A program made the translations under genes and the position numbers. A DNA stretch of 49,548 bases, the filler included, from Catajapyx aquilonaris (lineage: Eukaryota): the NCBI GenBank assembly GCA_000934665.2. It is 2 parts of 2 records of this genome, joined end to end, with 100 filler letters (N's around TTAATTAATTAA, not from the genome) between each part and the next. Parts side by side here need not be neighbours in the genome. Positions count along the whole stretch, not along the records: positions 24,829 to 49,548 come from JYFJ02005473.1; 1 more part is not named here. The stretch is one strand, 5' to 3'. Under the pieces are notes generated by a model. It was not told the DNA's origin, did no database searches, and worked only from the letters and a program-made list of their open reading frames with translations. This document shows, in pieces, positions 47,246-49,548 of this stretch. How positions within the stretch are numbered: position 1 is the first letter of the stretch; each line of letters starts with the position of its first letter.

Positions 47246-49454
47246 TACAGTAGTTACAGTAACACCACACTGGCCGAAACTTGAATCATTACAACTCCCA
47301 AACTCAGTCCTATTCAATGTAGTTCACTGGACCAACATTCCCTGTGGAATTAGATCAGTTCCAATACAATTGAGCTTGAGCAGCTGCTGGCATGCCCTCA
47401 TTAGAGAAATGTTCACTCTTCTACACTCACAATAGCAGTGTCAACATGATCATGGCACAGGTTCATTCTGCTCACTGCCTATTGAATGAAATCTCATCTA
47501 AAAGGAAATGGGATGTGGTGGGGTTAACTGATGTCAGAATTGTGACAGCCCAATTTCAAAACTGCATAATACTTTAAACAAGTGGGGAAGCACAGTGGGA
47601 GAGACCGAGGTGCATGTGGAGTTGGTGGGAACCGCATGACTTCTATGCCAACAATGTACAAGGTAAATCAAGAACAGGTCATAAAGAGACTATATTTCCC
47701 AGTGCTTTCTCTTAGACGTGCTGCAGCATTTTGTTCTAATTTTTCCAGATGCCTCTGTTGAATGTGGCTCAAAGACTTCAGACAGAGCATAACTATCACT
47801 CTCATGGTTCCCACAGTGTTGGTGATCACATCTAACTTCAGGTATAAACTGTATTTACATGGCACTGGATCCCAAGTTTCAGGCATTCAGCTCCAGAATA
47901 TGTAATGTAGAGTGATTCCTGGTTTATAACGTTGTAGTCCCACCTTAATTCTGTGATTTCAAATCATCATGTAAGTCTGCCATTATTTTATTATGTTTTA
48001 GTGACATGCAACCAATACTGATTTTTAACTTTTTTCAATCCCCAATCTCACATGTGAAGATTTTCTAATCTCAGCAATGAATGCCATATGCATGTAAAAT
48101 TGTGAAGGTGTCAAACAGATTTGCCTTCAGCTTCTGTAAGCTGAATCATATATGTGGATCCCCTTTGCATTGAAAGTTGTACAAACAAGTCATTATGGAA
48201 ATATTGCACTACTCAGACCAAATACAAAGCACTCAACACAGATATACTGTACCTTCAGTGACATATGCCAAATCTGTAGTAGTCAAGTGTTATGAGTGTC
48301 AGTCAATGCACATTTGGCAGGTATGATCTGCACTAGAAGTGATTGGTTCTGCAGCCAATTAGTCTAAGCTGGCATTGGCTCTGTTTTGTTTTTCCTTGGC
48401 ATCATACATGTACTGTGAAGCATAGACCTGAGATCTTTCTTTTTGACTAACAACATCGCCTTTCTACTAACATGACATGACTAAGGGGACTCTATTCAGG
48501 ATGTGTAACTTAGGGTAACTGAGTTTAGTTGCATCACTTACAGCCTACATGGGTCTTTTGGCAGCATAAAGAATAGAGCAGCCTCCAACTGGCAGAACCT
48601 TAATGCTAACACTAAAACTAGTGCTACAACCATCCATGTGATGATCCCATAAGTTAAATACAAGTAAATGTGCACAGGCAAGACTATACAGTAGAAACAC
48701 CTTACTAGTAAAGTTTGCACATGTCTCTAAACACTGTGCTTTATGTTGTGAGTTTCATGTCTAGTCTCAGCAGCATATCAGCCCTTTAAATGCAATAGCA
48801 CTCAAAGTTCAGTTGGCAGTTAACATGCAGGCCACAAAGGCCCTCCAGGTAGGTTGTTAACATACAAAAGTGCAAGCCTTTTCTTGTAAATGGCAATTAT
48901 TTTGCTTATGGGGACAAGTGGCAAATGTGGTAGGACGATGACAATGACGACTACGACAATAACAATGCCCCAGGATTGTACTGAGCCGAGTGCCCCAAAC
49001 ACAACAAAATATATGCAGGCAATATATGTCACAAAAACTGCGAAATCAAGCTAGTTTTTTGGCATAAACCAACTGTAATTATACATACTAGCATTGTTGA
49101 CTTGTAACATAACTTGTACCTGGATTCATTGTTGATGGATTTGTGGATATTGGAAGAAACAGGACAGCTCCACTAAAACCCATGTAAAGTGTTGCAGAAA
49201 CCCTCCAAAATTATTTTCATGGAGAAAATTGTGCTTGAACAGGGGATTAAACTTCAGTTCCTAAAGACAGGACCCACCCAGCCCTCCTGTACTTTGTCAG
49301 CTGTCAATCAGGGTAGCCTAGGATAGTTGTAATCAGTACATGGCATAATGACTATTCAGCCTTGAGTGTGGATGTGAGCTGTAAGCATAAAACTTGTACA
49401 CACTGTTTGCCATCATATGTAGGCCTTAGAAGTTTCAAAGATCTTGCTTTAGTA

Positions 49455-49548
49455 TCATCAGTGAATCAAGTATTGTCCCGCCATGCGGGTTACAGTCTGG
49501 CCAGGATAACTTTGACCTCGCTCGTTAACCATCGACTACGCTTTCCTA
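49455..49548. mobile_element. Start of a further member of the TCATCAGT-terminus MITE family
   Basis: TA-TCATCAGTGAATCAAGTATTGTCCC resembles the terminus at 47065; runs off the window. Confidence 0.45.

Noticed and set aside
45000..49450. Further exons downstream of the Sin3 copy
   Set aside because: Candidate AG/GT pairs (e.g. near 45345-45408) give no convincing frame or homology.
1..49548. CRISPR array or prokaryotic operon/defence system
   Set aside because: The sequence is eukaryotic with spliceosomal introns; no regularly spaced repeat-spacer array was seen.

Overview
Eukaryotic (animal, most likely arthropod) genomic DNA, dense in nested transposable elements. An artificial contig linker (N44-TTAATTAATTAA-N44) at 24729-24828 splits it into two possibly unrelated pieces. 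The left piece holds a near full-length APE/RT LINE interrupted by a MITE and itself inserted in the left TIR of a decayed, intron-containing Minos-like Tc1 element. It also holds a decayed Buster-type hAT element, tRNA-derived SINEs with TSDs, many MITEs, a long-TIR element nested in a SINE, and the spliced BCD1/ZNHIT6 gene (minus). The right piece holds an Msxlx-type homeobox gene, a 13-exon SLC7 (LAT-family) amino-acid transporter and a 5-exon PhyH-family dioxygenase, all on the minus strand. It also holds a repeat-flanked retropepsin-like ORF lacking its catalytic Asp, an orphan plus-strand exon, and an intronless, diverged Sin3 retrocopy fused 5' to a LINE RT fragment. Exon models were built by hand from GT/AG sites and phase checks; family calls rest on motif recognition, not database searches. 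I found no clear-cut new biological system. The best candidates for follow-up are the Sin3 retrocopy and the protease-only repeat-flanked unit.
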